DNA from: an uncultured Methanosarcinales archaeon
GTDB lineage: Archaea > Nanobdellota > Nanobdellia > Woesearchaeales > JACPBV01
Direction: 5' to 3'
Assembly (NCBI GenBank): GCA_964577685.1
Contig: CAZNZT010000002.1
Coordinates: 1 to 64,000 of the forward strand
DNA length: 64,000 bases
Within the stretch, counting starts at the first letter, position 1. Each line of letters begins with the position of its first letter. The notes below the pieces were generated by a model. It saw nothing but the letters and a program-made list of their open reading frames with translations, was not told where the DNA came from and made no database searches. Shown here piece by piece: positions 41,289 to 51,781 of the stretch. A program made the position numbers and the translations under genes.

Positions 41289-41434
41289 ATTAAGTTAAGA
41301 ATTCTTCTTTATTTTTAAGTTTTATCTTTTTTCCCTACTATGAAGTAACACTAAGTTCTACTACTAAGCCATCTAAAAATTTTTAAATAATAACTCTTTC
41401 CCAAAAGCTAAAAAGCAAATTAAAGAGGGAAAAA

Positions 41435-41542
41435 ATGAAAAGAAGCTCAAGGAGATGGAAAAAACGCAAACAGATGAGATGGAAGTGGCAAAGAAAGAGG
41501 ATGAAGAAAGAAAAAAGAAAAAGAAGAATGGCTAAGAGATAG
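41435..41542 (+). CDS. rpl41e: Ribosomal protein eL41 (L41e)
   Basis: Translated by hand: MKRSSRRWKKRKQMRWKWQRKRMKKEKRKRRMAKR* (35 aa), containing the MRWKW motif of archaeal L41e. Not in the ORF track. Confidence 0.85.
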   Translation: MKRSSRRWKKRKQMRWKWQRKRMKKEKRKRRMAKR

Positions 41543-41557
41543 GTATTTCTAATTGAG

Positions 41558-42208
41558 ATGAATAATGGTCTTAGCTTATGTATGGTTGTGAAAGATGAAG
41601 AAAAAAACCTTAAACGATTCTTAAATTTAGTTATTTCCTTTATAGATGAGCTAGTAATCGTAGATACTGGTTCAAGAGACAATACAAAAAATATTGCCAA
41701 AAATTTTAATGCAAAGATTTACGATTTTAAATGGGATGATGATTTCAGCAAAGCAAGGAATTTTTCAATCTCTAAAGCAACCATGCCATGGATTCTTGTC
41801 CTTGACCCAGATGAGGAGATTGAAAAAAAGGATTTGGTAAAAATAAGGTCTCTTATTGGTAAAGCCAATAAAAATGTTCTTGGTTATAGGCTAATTCAAA
41901 AAACAATATATAATGGAAAAGTTGTTTCTGTGAGGGGGATATGTAGGCTATTCAGAAGAAACGAGAAAATAAGGTTTACTTACCCTATCCACGAAACAGT
42001 AAGAGAACAAATAAGAGAACTAGGCGGCAGGATTGGAAAAACAGGAATCACAATAGAACATTATCCAAGGATAAGCAAAGAAAAGCAGGAGTACTACCTT
42101 AGGCTTTTAATGGAGAAGAAAAAACTTTTTCCAAACTCAAATGTAGATAAAGAGATAGAAAACGAAAAAAGAATTCTTGGTCTGTTAGAAAAAATTAGTC
42201 GCTACTGA
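41558..42208 (+). CDS. Glycosyltransferase family 2
   Basis: LSLCMVVKDEE, VIVDTGSRD, DDFSKARN, ILVLDPDE, IHE. Confidence 0.92.
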   Translation: MNNGLSLCMVVKDEEKNLKRFLNLVISFIDELVIVDTGSRDNTKNIAKNFNAKIYDFKWDDDFSKARNFSISKATMPWILVLDPDEEIEKKDLVKIRSLIGKANKNVLGYRLIQKTIYNGKVVSVRGICRLFRRNEKIRFTYPIHETVREQIRELGGRIGKTGITIEHYPRISKEKQEYYLRLLMEKKKLFPNSNVDKEIENEKRILGLLEKISRY

Positions 42209-42851
42209 TTTCCTCTGCCCTCTTTTTTTTGATTAAAACATTAGCTATCTCTATCGGAAGGGATGCAACATCCTCTTCTTCAAATGGCCCATACTCTTCA
42301 AGTTCCTTACCAACAAATTTTGGAACTGCGTGTAAAAACCTGATTAATTTGGTTTCTCTTTTCTTCCCATTCTTTTTAAAATCTTCTTTTTTTTCAGCTT
42401 TACCCTCCACAAAGAGAAGGCCAACTCCTTTTGGCTCTTTTAAATTAAGCAAGTTGAATAGTATAGCCTCTCTATTCTTGTCAAGTAGTCTGACTAGGTT
42501 TTCAAAAAACTCTTTCTCCTCTTTGAGCAAATTACTCTCATCAACTATACTTGATTTCGCCCTGCTTTTATCTAGAGCCATCATTATTATTTTTTTCTCT
42601 CGTCTTTCAAACAAGTCCTTTGTTATCTTCTTAAGATTCTCTAGTTGCTTCTCTGTTTTTTCCCTTTCTTCTATTGAGAATAAATCTTCTGTCTGTTTTT
42701 CTAATATAGCTTTTTTGTCTTTTAAGTAATCAATAAGGTTTATAAAAAAATTATCATCTAACTTCTGTAGTTCCTTCCTTTCTTTTTCAATTCTGAGTAA
42801 TTCAAAAAGGGTTTCGTAAGTGATAACCACATCTTCTTTTTCTTCTGCCAT
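42195..42851 (-). CDS. DNA replication GINS complex subunit (Gins51-type, A-then-B domain order)
   Basis: ITYETLFELLRIEKERKELQKLDDNF; RREKKI; C-terminal FVGxxxxxYGPFxxxDVASLPxxxAxxLI. Confidence 0.85.
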   Translation of the reverse strand: MAEEKEDVVITYETLFELLRIEKERKELQKLDDNFFINLIDYLKDKKAILEKQTEDLFSIEEREKTEKQLENLKKITKDLFERREKKIIMMALDKSRAKSSIVDESNLLKEEKEFFENLVRLLDKNREAILFNLLNLKEPKGVGLLFVEGKAEKKEDFKKNGKKRETKLIRFLHAVPKFVGKELEEYGPFEEEDVASLPIEIANVLIKKKRAEEISSD

Positions 42852-42992
42852 CTTCCCCCCAATTACAGATAAAGATAGTTTTATATTTAAGCTTTTTTAT
42901 ATCTCTGGAGATATTTAACCATTTCTTATAGCTCTCCCCACTCACCGTTAATTTAACAACCTTTATAAAAAAACATATCTTAGCCAAAAAAT

Positions 42993-44192
42993 ATGGCATC
43001 AATTAGATTTAATGACCTCTCGTTTGTATATAAAAAAGATGAAGGCATAGTAAGAGTAGTATTCCTAGGAATCTTTTATTTCAACCTGAGAGAAGATGAA
43101 ATAGGAAAAATAGGAAAGTTCAAGATAGAAAAAAACAAGATTGTATTTCCGACTATTTCTCTAAAAAGAGCAGAGAGAAAGTTCTATCTTCTCCTTCAAA
43201 AAGGGTTTAAAGAGCTTAAAAATACCATGACTAATAAACCTACAATCTACATACATAGTAATTCTGGAGTGCCTTTAATAGGAAATATCGCTTTTGGATT
43301 AGTAGATAGGAATACAAATATCATAGAAATAAAGCCTATAACAGGATGTAACCTAAAATGCATATATTGCTCCGTAGATGAGGACAAAAGAGTAAATGAC
43401 ATCGTTATAGAAAAGGATTATCTAGTGAGTGAATTTAAAAAACTTGTTGAGTTCAAGAGCACAAACAATATAGAGGCCCATATTGCCTCTCAAGGAGAAC
43501 CATTACTTTATTCCCCACTAGCAAATCTAATAAAGGATTTATCATCAATACCTGAAGTAAAAACAATTTCTATTGATACAAATGGTATTCTACTTACAAA
43601 AAAGAAAATAGACGAACTTATTGAGGCAGGACTAACAAGATTCAATGTTTCGGTTAATGCTATGGAGCAAAAGAAAGCAAAAATAATAGCTGGGAAAGAT
43701 TATCCTTTGGAGAAAGTAAAGCAATCATGCAAATATATTGCAAAAAAAGCAGGGATAATACTAACTCCTGTCTTAATACCAAAAATAAATGAGGAAGAAA
43801 TACCTAAAATAATAGAATTTGCGAAAGAAATAGGGGCGGATGTAGGTATCCAGAACTTTCTGAACTATAAGCTTGGAAGGAATCCAGTAAAACAAATCTC
43901 TTTTGATACCTTTTACAAGAAATTAAAATCTCTAGAAAAAATATACAATATAAAGCTAATAAAATCCACAAGAGATTTTAACATAGTAAAGACAAAGCCT
44001 CTGCCAAAACCATTCAAAAAAGGAGACATTATAGAAGCAAACATAGCATTCCATGGAAGACTACCAAACGAAAAGATTGCTATCGCAAAAGACAGAACAA
44101 TCTCTGTAATAAACTGCAATAGGCAGGAGGGAAAGATAAGAGTAAGGATTATAAGGAGTAAGCATAATATTTTTATAGGAATCCCTCTGTAG
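42993..44192 (+). CDS. Radical SAM protein with C-terminal TRAM-like domain
   Basis: GCNLKCIYC (CxxxCxxC), QGEPLL, IDTNG; C-terminal beta domain ending IIRSKHNIFIG. Confidence 0.88.
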   Translation: MASIRFNDLSFVYKKDEGIVRVVFLGIFYFNLREDEIGKIGKFKIEKNKIVFPTISLKRAERKFYLLLQKGFKELKNTMTNKPTIYIHSNSGVPLIGNIAFGLVDRNTNIIEIKPITGCNLKCIYCSVDEDKRVNDIVIEKDYLVSEFKKLVEFKSTNNIEAHIASQGEPLLYSPLANLIKDLSSIPEVKTISIDTNGILLTKKKIDELIEAGLTRFNVSVNAMEQKKAKIIAGKDYPLEKVKQSCKYIAKKAGIILTPVLIPKINEEEIPKIIEFAKEIGADVGIQNFLNYKLGRNPVKQISFDTFYKKLKSLEKIYNIKLIKSTRDFNIVKTKPLPKPFKKGDIIEANIAFHGRLPNEKIAIAKDRTISVINCNRQEGKIRVRIIRSKHNIFIGIPL

Positions 44193-44199
44193 TTTATTT

Positions 44200-45648
44200 A
44201 TGCCTAGGCTAACCTTCTTTAGAAAGTTGTTCCTTGTTTTTCTGCTCTTTTTTACCTTCTCGTCCCTAATGCAATTCAGGGTAAAGGAAATAATAGGCTA
44301 TGATGGGTATTTCCATATAAAGATGGCAGAGATTATAAGAAAAGAAGGCTTTATCAAGAGATTTCCCTATATTCAAGAGTCAATTCTTTCAGATAAGTAC
44401 GCAGATATTCAACTTTTATTTAGAATACTCCTTATTCCATTCACCTATCTAGGCCTTATGTTAGGAGCAAAAATCGCATCAGTTGTTTTTACTTCCCTCG
44501 CCCTTACCATTTTCTATTGGTTCTTAAATAAAAGCAAAATAAATTATGCTCTGTTCTGGACAATCCTCTACTCAGTTTCATCAATAGAGGTTCTCTATCG
44601 CTTTTTATTACCAAGAGCAATCCCTCTAGCTATTTCCTTGCTTGTCCTATTAGTTTATCTCCTTAAAAAAAGAAAATATTATTCTATACTTTTTCTTTCT
44701 CTTGTCTTTACTTGGCTTTATCATGGGTTTATATTGGAGTACCCCCTTATTATAATCTATGTGGCCATTAACTATTTTGTGACCAAAAAATTTGACATTA
44801 ATCTTATCCTTTACCCTGTAATCGGAACAGCAATAGCACTTATAGCAAATCCATATTTTCCCACAAACATATACCTTACCTACATCCAGATTTTTAAAGT
44901 AAACATTTTGGGCAACCTCTATAACCAGGAGTGGAAGCCTTGGAGCTTACTAGAGCTTATAACAAAAAATTATCTTCTCTTTCCGTTGTTTGTGGTTTCT
45001 GCGATAACACTATTAATAACACTACTAAAAAGAAAGAGAATCAGTAAAGAACTGTTATTCCTCTTCATCTCTTCAGTTTTGTTCCTTCTGCTTATGATAA
45101 AATCAAGGAGAATCCAGGAATATTTTGCTCCCTTCACAGTAATTTTTGCTTCATTTTCTTTAAATGACTACGCCCATAAAATAAAAATAAGGAAAGGCAT
45201 TAAATCCATAATCCTTGTGTTCCTCATTCTGCTTACATCATCAACCTTAATAAGATTAAATACAGAAATAAAAAACAACCATTTCTTACCATGGTACTAC
45301 AATGGAGCAGAGTGGCTAGGCAATAATATCCCTGCTAACTCTACAATATTTATTAGCCCATATACCTTCACATATCTCTTCTTTTATAATCCCCAGTTCA
45401 GATACACCCATGGCATTGACTTAACCTATTCTTATTTGCATGACCAAGAAAAATTCAAAAAATACATAGCTGTACTCCAAGGCAAAGATCCAGGCTATAA
45501 TATAATAAAATATGATTATAATGCAGATTATGTATTTGTTGGTAAAATAAAACAAGACCTTGGCTTATTCAAATACATTTTAAGATACAAAAAAGATTTT
45601 ATACTATTATATGAAGACAATACTGTTGGAATCCTAAAAGTAAAATAG
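44200..45648 (+). CDS. Polytopic membrane protein, probable GT-C fold glycosyltransferase
   Basis: About 11 TM segments; first-loop DGYFHIKMA; EWKP; soluble C-terminal domain. Confidence 0.65.
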   Translation: MPRLTFFRKLFLVFLLFFTFSSLMQFRVKEIIGYDGYFHIKMAEIIRKEGFIKRFPYIQESILSDKYADIQLLFRILLIPFTYLGLMLGAKIASVVFTSLALTIFYWFLNKSKINYALFWTILYSVSSIEVLYRFLLPRAIPLAISLLVLLVYLLKKRKYYSILFLSLVFTWLYHGFILEYPLIIIYVAINYFVTKKFDINLILYPVIGTAIALIANPYFPTNIYLTYIQIFKVNILGNLYNQEWKPWSLLELITKNYLLFPLFVVSAITLLITLLKRKRISKELLFLFISSVLFLLLMIKSRRIQEYFAPFTVIFASFSLNDYAHKIKIRKGIKSIILVFLILLTSSTLIRLNTEIKNNHFLPWYYNGAEWLGNNIPANSTIFISPYTFTYLFFYNPQFRYTHGIDLTYSYLHDQEKFKKYIAVLQGKDPGYNIIKYDYNADYVFVGKIKQDLGLFKYILRYKKDFILLYEDNTVGILKVK

Positions 45649-45710
45649 CAATAAAACCAAGAAGAAATCACAAATCAAATAAAAAAAGAAAAAAGGTTTT
45701 TAAGCCTTTT

Positions 45711-48239
45711 TTATTCTTCGGTTGCTCCTCCTTCCTCTCCAGCAGATTCTTCAGCTGCTTCGGTAACTTCTTTCACTGTGCTTGTAGCTGTTATAACCTC
45801 CATCTTTGTCCCTTTCAATTCATAGTCTTGGTAATTAGCCAAGACACTTGTTGCTGCTCTTGTATCAGCTGCGGAATAACCAGCTACAACTAGGGCAACA
45901 TTTCCAGCTCCAGTGTCAAACAGCTCAATTAGGCCCTTTCCAGGCTCATAACCAGCTGTACAATCTTCTGGATTGCCCTTTACCTCAGCTGCTACTGCAT
46001 TAGCACATGGTCCACCAACCACTATTAAGTTCTGTGCTGATACATCTGCAATCTCACTTGCTAGTTTTGTTGCACCTACCTCAATCTTGTTAATTGTTAC
46101 TGATTCAACAGACTCTGCAGTTCCTGTTGTTGTAATCTTTGAACCAGTTGTTGTTATATATACTAATGGCAATCTCTGTTCTTTTGGATACTCTATGGTT
46201 AGTGTATCTGGGTCATTTGTTGGGTTTTCCCATTTGAACTTTGCTCCCATGCTAGTATATGCATATCTTGTGTTTGTTTCTCCTGATGGTGAAACCCAAG
46301 CAATATCATCTCCGCTGCTCTCATCAAACTGTACTTCACCGTTGCTTGCTGAGATGTTTAATTTTACATCTGCTGGTGCAACATTGTCATAGTGGTTGCT
46401 GTTTGGTGTGCTGAATGTCAATAGTATTGAACTGTAATTTATTGATTCATTGTCTATTTCAATCTTCATCCCTGCATTTGTATTAATAGCAACTACATTA
46501 TTACCAAAACTTCCGTCTCCGTTTAGATCAACCCGAATATAAAAATCATCACTGGTATCTGGTGATACGTTTATAACACCAAATGTTGCTCCTCCAAGCT
46601 TTAGTGTGGCATCTGCTGTTGATCCTAAGTTGTCCTTAAATGTTTGTTCTATTCTTTGCCCATTTCCTAGGTTGTCAAACTTAACTAGTGCTGTTTCTCC
46701 ACTAGCAACCTTGTCTGCTCCCTTATATCTTAATGCATATGTCTTCCTATTTCCGTCATCTTGGCTTTCGTCTGTTACTATAAAGTAATCGTTTTTGTTT
46801 ATTATCTGACTCTCATTTAATATTAAGTCATCATCGTCATCCCCCATTCTTAGATTGCTGCTACCACTTGTATATGCAATCGGTATTGTTGCTGTATTTC
46901 CATCTCCATCAACAAACTCTAGCTTATATTGATCAGCGCCAGCAGTCTTTACCCTGTATGTTTCTACTTCAACACTTGGATCTAGCCCTTCATATCTGAT
47001 GTCCCATAAGCCTAAGAATGCTTGTGGTTCATCCATGTATTCTGTTAGGCTATGTCCTGCTTCAACATAATAGTCGTCATCTGCTGTTATGTTTAGCTCT
47101 ATTGTGTCAATCTTAAGTGTTGAGTTGTCATCAGAACCTGTTATTGTCACATGGCAGTCATCTATCTTTTCACTACCAAATTCTAGGTCATTGCTGCTTG
47201 ATGTATCTGAAATATCTGTGTCCTTTAGATATACCTTTGAAGCTCCTAGATAGAACTCTACTAAGTCTGCTGTAACATCTCCTGCCTCGTTTGGTATTAT
47301 ATCACTTATGCCTAGTTGTGTTCCATCTGCCAGTGTTGCAGTCTCTCCATCTTTTAAGCTTCTTGTTGATTCTCCATTAACATTGAATTTAGCATATATT
47401 GTTCCAGTATCTGTAATTGCAGTTACAGTTACCTCATAGTCTTTTCCTTCAATCGTGTATGTTTTTGTTTCTCCCTCACTTAGGGTGTCTCTTATGGCAC
47501 CACCCATTAATGTTAATTCTACACTGTTTCCTGTTGCACTTACTCTTCTTGCCTTTACAATATCAAAGTCTTTTCCTAGTATTGTTATCTTTTCATCTTC
47601 TAAGTCACCTAGATATGTACCAGTTGTGTCCTTTGAGCCAGTGCTGTCTTCAACATCGCTCTCTAATGAGGTCTTAAACTCTATGGCATATCTTGCAATC
47701 TGTTCTCCTCCCTTGAAGTATAGGAAATCAGCTGTTACATCCTCATCGTTTTCCATAAACTTTACATATCCCCCGTTGATTCCTGCATCATCAAAGTAGA
47801 TATACTGGTTATATCCTGCTGTTCCCTTCTCAGTTGTTATTGAGCCATCTGCTAGAGCCTCTAGCTCATCCTCATCTATGCTTGTAGTAATATTTCTTAT
47901 GCTTTCGCCACTTAGTGTGTCTGTGCTTTGTACCATCTCTAGTTTTCTTGTTGAAGTTCCAACTCTCCATACATCACCTTCTGTTGTAACAGTTGTGGTT
48001 GTGGTTGTTCCCACTTTCTTTGTTGCTGCATATTGCAAACTCATTGCAATATCACTTACTCCTATAACATCCTCTGCTGCCGCTTTATCTCCCACTACTA
48101 GTGCCCCGCTGAACTTGCCATCTTTTATAAATGGCTCGGGGTATTCGCTCAGGTCGGCCGCAGAAGCGATCATCGTAGCCCCTAACAATGTAGTTGCCCC
48201 TAAGGCTACGATTTTCTTTATAGCCTTTCTCAGCTTCAT
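45711..48239 (-). CDS. S-layer protein
   Basis: MKLRKAIKKIVALG signal, ADLSEYPEPF, VVGDKAAAEDVIG, NLIVVGGPCANAVA, LVVAGYSAADTRAA; acidic; strong GGAGGTG SD. Confidence 0.9.
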   Translation of the reverse strand: MKLRKAIKKIVALGATTLLGATMIASAADLSEYPEPFIKDGKFSGALVVGDKAAAEDVIGVSDIAMSLQYAATKKVGTTTTTTVTTEGDVWRVGTSTRKLEMVQSTDTLSGESIRNITTSIDEDELEALADGSITTEKGTAGYNQYIYFDDAGINGGYVKFMENDEDVTADFLYFKGGEQIARYAIEFKTSLESDVEDSTGSKDTTGTYLGDLEDEKITILGKDFDIVKARRVSATGNSVELTLMGGAIRDTLSEGETKTYTIEGKDYEVTVTAITDTGTIYAKFNVNGESTRSLKDGETATLADGTQLGISDIIPNEAGDVTADLVEFYLGASKVYLKDTDISDTSSSNDLEFGSEKIDDCHVTITGSDDNSTLKIDTIELNITADDDYYVEAGHSLTEYMDEPQAFLGLWDIRYEGLDPSVEVETYRVKTAGADQYKLEFVDGDGNTATIPIAYTSGSSNLRMGDDDDDLILNESQIINKNDYFIVTDESQDDGNRKTYALRYKGADKVASGETALVKFDNLGNGQRIEQTFKDNLGSTADATLKLGGATFGVINVSPDTSDDFYIRVDLNGDGSFGNNVVAINTNAGMKIEIDNESINYSSILLTFSTPNSNHYDNVAPADVKLNISASNGEVQFDESSGDDIAWVSPSGETNTRYAYTSMGAKFKWENPTNDPDTLTIEYPKEQRLPLVYITTTGSKITTTGTAESVESVTINKIEVGATKLASEIADVSAQNLIVVGGPCANAVAAEVKGNPEDCTAGYEPGKGLIELFDTGAGNVALVVAGYSAADTRAATSVLANYQDYELKGTKMEVITATSTVKEVTEAAEESAGEEGGATEE

Positions 48240-48433
48240 GGTCTAAACACCTCCTTGTTTTTTGGCTATCTTTACATTCAGAAGCCTAGCTATTTAGCTA
48301 AGCTTCTTATAGCCTAAAACACTATTATTAATATTTAAAGTTTACGCTATTTATATATACTATAAAATACATTTTCAAGAATATAATTTTTTGTTTATTA
48401 CCTCTAAAAATAATAAGCTTTATCTATATTTAT

Positions 48434-50308
48434 ATGTTTCCATTCATTATGCCTATAATACCAATACTCTCCTACCATAATATATCTGAAAAACCGGAAG
48501 ATAATCTTTGGTGTATCACTAGAGACCAATTTAAAGAACAAATTTCATTTATTTTAGAAAATAATATCAAGACACTAACATTAGCAGATTATTATTCTTA
48601 TATAAAAAAACCACAGGGCATTCCAAAAAATTCTGTTATAATAACCTTTGATGATGCAAGAGACGGAGTGTTTAAATATGCTTATCCAATTATAAAAAAA
48701 CACAAACTAAATGCAGTATTATTTGTTGTTTCGGATTGGATAAATAAAAAGAATATACCCCCAGATGAAGCCTACTCTAACTTCTTAACTTGGGAGCAAA
48801 TAGAGGAGCTGTCCAGTAATGGCTTTGAAATTGCATCACATAGCAAAACGCATAGGAATCTTACTACCCTAACAAAAGATGAGCTCGCAGATGAATTAAT
48901 TTCATCTAAAAGAGAAATAACATTAAGAGTCAAAAAAGAGCCAATCAGCTTTGCATATCCTTATGGTAACTATAATGAAATTGTAAAAGCCCTTGTAAGT
49001 AAAAACTACAAAATAGCAGTAACAACCTCTAGACTAATAAAAAACAATATCCTTGAACTACCAAGAAGGATTGTAACCAAGAATACAACGCTTGAAGAGT
49101 TTAAAACATTGCTATCAAAAAATACACTAAGTTTGTGTATGATAACAAAGAACGAACAAAACAATATTTCAAGATGCCTAAAGAGAGTCTTGCCTATACT
49201 TGATGAGATTATAATAGTTGATACTGGTTCAACAGATAAAACCAAAGAAATAGCAAAGAGCTATGGAGCATTAGTCATTGAAGCAAATTGGGAAAATGAT
49301 TTCAGCAAAATAAGGAATACCTCAATAAGAAAAGCCAAGGGAGACTATATCCTTATATTAGACCCTGACGAACTTATCGCAAGGTCTGATTTGTTCAAAT
49401 TAAGAAGCCTAATTGATAGAGATGAAAAAAACAAAACAGCGTACTCATTTATAACCAGGAACTATACTGATGACGATAAAGTAGCTGGTTTTAAGCCAAA
49501 CAAAGACAACTATGGGGAAGGCAAATTGTTCCTTGGCTATTTTCCCTCAAAAAAAGTGAGGTTATTTCCAAACAAAAAAGAAATATTCTTTGAAGGAGCA
49601 ATCCACGAATTAGTTGAAAACTCAATAAAGAATCTGGGATTGAAGATAATTGATGTAGAAATCCCTATACACCATTATCATATTGACTCTGAAAAGAAGC
49701 ACCTTCTATACCTTGAGTTAGCAAAAAAGAAACTAGAAAAAGAAAAAAACCATATAGCCTACTACGAGCTAGGCATTCAATATAAGGAACTTGGATACTA
49801 TGAGGATGCAATAGATTCTTTAAAACAATCAATAAGACTTAAGCCAACCCCATTAGCTTTTTATAACCTTGGTGTCGTATATGAGAATCTAAAAGACTAT
49901 GAAAATGCAGAAAAATTTTATAGAAAGACATTATCCCTCAGTCCTGGTTTCAGCCACGCATACTTTAGTTTAGGCGTATGTTTGCTCAAAGAAAATAGGC
50001 TAAAAGAGGCAGAGGATTGCTTTCTAAAATCAATAAGGCTAAACAAAAGCTTAGTCTCTGCCTATAACAATCTTGGAGCAGTATATGAGAAATTAGGGGA
50101 CTATAAAAAGGCAATTAGTATAATAAAAGAAGGAATAAGGATTAAAGAAACACCAACTGGCTTTTTTAATCTGGCAGTAAATCTTGATAAGCAAGGAAAC
50201 TACAGCGAGGCTCTAGAGGCATATAAAAAAGCACTTTTTTTAAATCATAAACGAAAGGATGATATCAAAAAAAGAATATCTGAGATAAAGTCTTTTATTC
50301 ATTATTAA
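48434..50308 (+). CDS. Fusion: polysaccharide deacetylase (NodB/CE4) + GT2 glycosyltransferase + TPR repeats
   Basis: PILSYH, ITFDDA, SHSKTH, FAYPYG; LSLCMITKNE, VDTGSTD, LDPDE; AYYELG/AFYNLG/AYNNLG TPRs. Confidence 0.92.
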   Translation: MFPFIMPIIPILSYHNISEKPEDNLWCITRDQFKEQISFILENNIKTLTLADYYSYIKKPQGIPKNSVIITFDDARDGVFKYAYPIIKKHKLNAVLFVVSDWINKKNIPPDEAYSNFLTWEQIEELSSNGFEIASHSKTHRNLTTLTKDELADELISSKREITLRVKKEPISFAYPYGNYNEIVKALVSKNYKIAVTTSRLIKNNILELPRRIVTKNTTLEEFKTLLSKNTLSLCMITKNEQNNISRCLKRVLPILDEIIIVDTGSTDKTKEIAKSYGALVIEANWENDFSKIRNTSIRKAKGDYILILDPDELIARSDLFKLRSLIDRDEKNKTAYSFITRNYTDDDKVAGFKPNKDNYGEGKLFLGYFPSKKVRLFPNKKEIFFEGAIHELVENSIKNLGLKIIDVEIPIHHYHIDSEKKHLLYLELAKKKLEKEKNHIAYYELGIQYKELGYYEDAIDSLKQSIRLKPTPLAFYNLGVVYENLKDYENAEKFYRKTLSLSPGFSHAYFSLGVCLLKENRLKEAEDCFLKSIRLNKSLVSAYNNLGAVYEKLGDYKKAISIIKEGIRIKETPTGFFNLAVNLDKQGNYSEALEAYKKALFLNHKRKDDIKKRISEIKSFIHY

Positions 50309-50357
50309 GTAGTAAAAAACAAAAGATTTAAATATTAGTTCTCTTTACAACTACCTT

Positions 50358-50942
50358 ATGTCAAGAAAAGAAAAAGGAACAATTAATCTGTCACTTGAAG
50401 CAAGGGTAGAGCCAGTGGACCTTTATTCTATAATCTCAAGAATCCCTCCCAATCTCGGTGACCCTTATTCGAGAAAGATATACCAAGAAAGAATGGCCGC
50501 CTTGAAAGCTGGGGAGCCACAAAGAATATTGCAGGAAGACGACCTTGCAAGACAAATTGTAAGAGCTCTTTTAACAGCAGAGCACTCACCAAATGGAACA
50601 AAATGGATACCTATACAAGGATATTATCAAGACCCATTTGAGACAACAATCTATGCAACACGCTTTTCAGGAGTTAGGGATGGGGAAATCAAAGAGAGAC
50701 TATTTATGTTATATGATAGTGGTTTATTGGACAACACTAGAATCGTGAGGCCAGGAATTCCTCTTTGGGCTTTCCAAACCGAAATATCTACTTTGCCAAA
50801 AGGTAGACTTAGCTCTGTTCAGTTCATAGAAAACCCCGAACTAAGAAAAGCCTTATCTGAAATGCTAAGACCCTATGAATCAGAAGAACCCTTATACACC
50901 CATTCACCACTAAGGACTAACCCTGATTGTTGTACAATATAG
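50358..50942 (+). CDS. Hypothetical protein
   Basis: 194-aa ORF with an upstream TATA (AAAGATTTAAATA). Confidence 0.6.
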   Translation: MSRKEKGTINLSLEARVEPVDLYSIISRIPPNLGDPYSRKIYQERMAALKAGEPQRILQEDDLARQIVRALLTAEHSPNGTKWIPIQGYYQDPFETTIYATRFSGVRDGEIKERLFMLYDSGLLDNTRIVRPGIPLWAFQTEISTLPKGRLSSVQFIENPELRKALSEMLRPYESEEPLYTHSPLRTNPDCCTI

Positions 50943-51777
50943 AATAAAACGCATCAAATATTGGTATATCTGTAGTAATCAAATAAAACTCATGCCCTAA
51001 CCTATTACATGTCTCTTCTATCCTCTTAGAATGGTTTTCAAGCATTTCCATATACTTCATCCTTAATCTTGGGCTTATATATGTCCTTAATTTTTCTCCA
51101 GTTTCACTATCTTTCAACCTGAAATCTCCTCTTAGTTTTAACTCTTTTTCTACTGGATCTAAAACTTGTATTACTTTAACCTCCTGCTTGCCAAGAACAT
51201 ACAGAGAATCTCTTATTTCATCAATAGGTACCAAGAAATCTGATATTAAAACAATTAAAGCCCTGCTACCTATAAACCTCTTGTATTGCTGTATAGCATC
51301 CTTAAGTCTAGAGTTCCCTTCTGCCTTCAACGAGTTTAAATGATCAATCATAGATATCAGCTGCCCCATACCCTTTTTTGGTTGAAAAACCTCTATACCC
51401 TCGGAAAAAGTACTGAACTGAAATTTTTCATTCTCCTTCATCGCAAGGTATGCAAATCCAACACCAAGCATTGAGGCATAATCAAACTTCTTTATCTTAT
51501 TTCCAAAGTTCATACTTGCAGAATGATCAACAATTATATGTACCACTAAATTCCTTTCTTCCTCGTAAGTCTTGACATATAAGTCATCTGTCCTTGCATA
51601 GACCTTCCAGTCTATGCTTCTTATATCATCTCCAGGAGCATAAATCCTGTGCTCCTTAAACAACAATCCTCTACCGATTGCAACACTCTTTCTTGGGCCA
51701 GAGTATTTTGAGACAACCCTTTTCCTGACTATCAGATTAAACTTGTCCAGCTGATTTAAAAATGAGGTGTCTATCAT
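50917..51777 (-). CDS. DUF58 family protein (vWA-like)
   Basis: EHRIYAPGDDIRSIDWKVYART, VDHSASM, LISDF. Confidence 0.92.
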   Translation of the reverse strand: MIDTSFLNQLDKFNLIVRKRVVSKYSGPRKSVAIGRGLLFKEHRIYAPGDDIRSIDWKVYARTDDLYVKTYEEERNLVVHIIVDHSASMNFGNKIKKFDYASMLGVGFAYLAMKENEKFQFSTFSEGIEVFQPKKGMGQLISMIDHLNSLKAEGNSRLKDAIQQYKRFIGSRALIVLISDFLVPIDEIRDSLYVLGKQEVKVIQVLDPVEKELKLRGDFRLKDSETGEKLRTYISPRLRMKYMEMLENHSKRIEETCNRLGHEFYLITTDIPIFDAFYSILYNNQG

Positions 51778-51781
51778 TCTA

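Noticed and set aside
41383..41700. 105-aa hydrophobic minus-strand ORF
   Set aside because: Antisense shadow of the purine-rich eL41 and GT2 genes.
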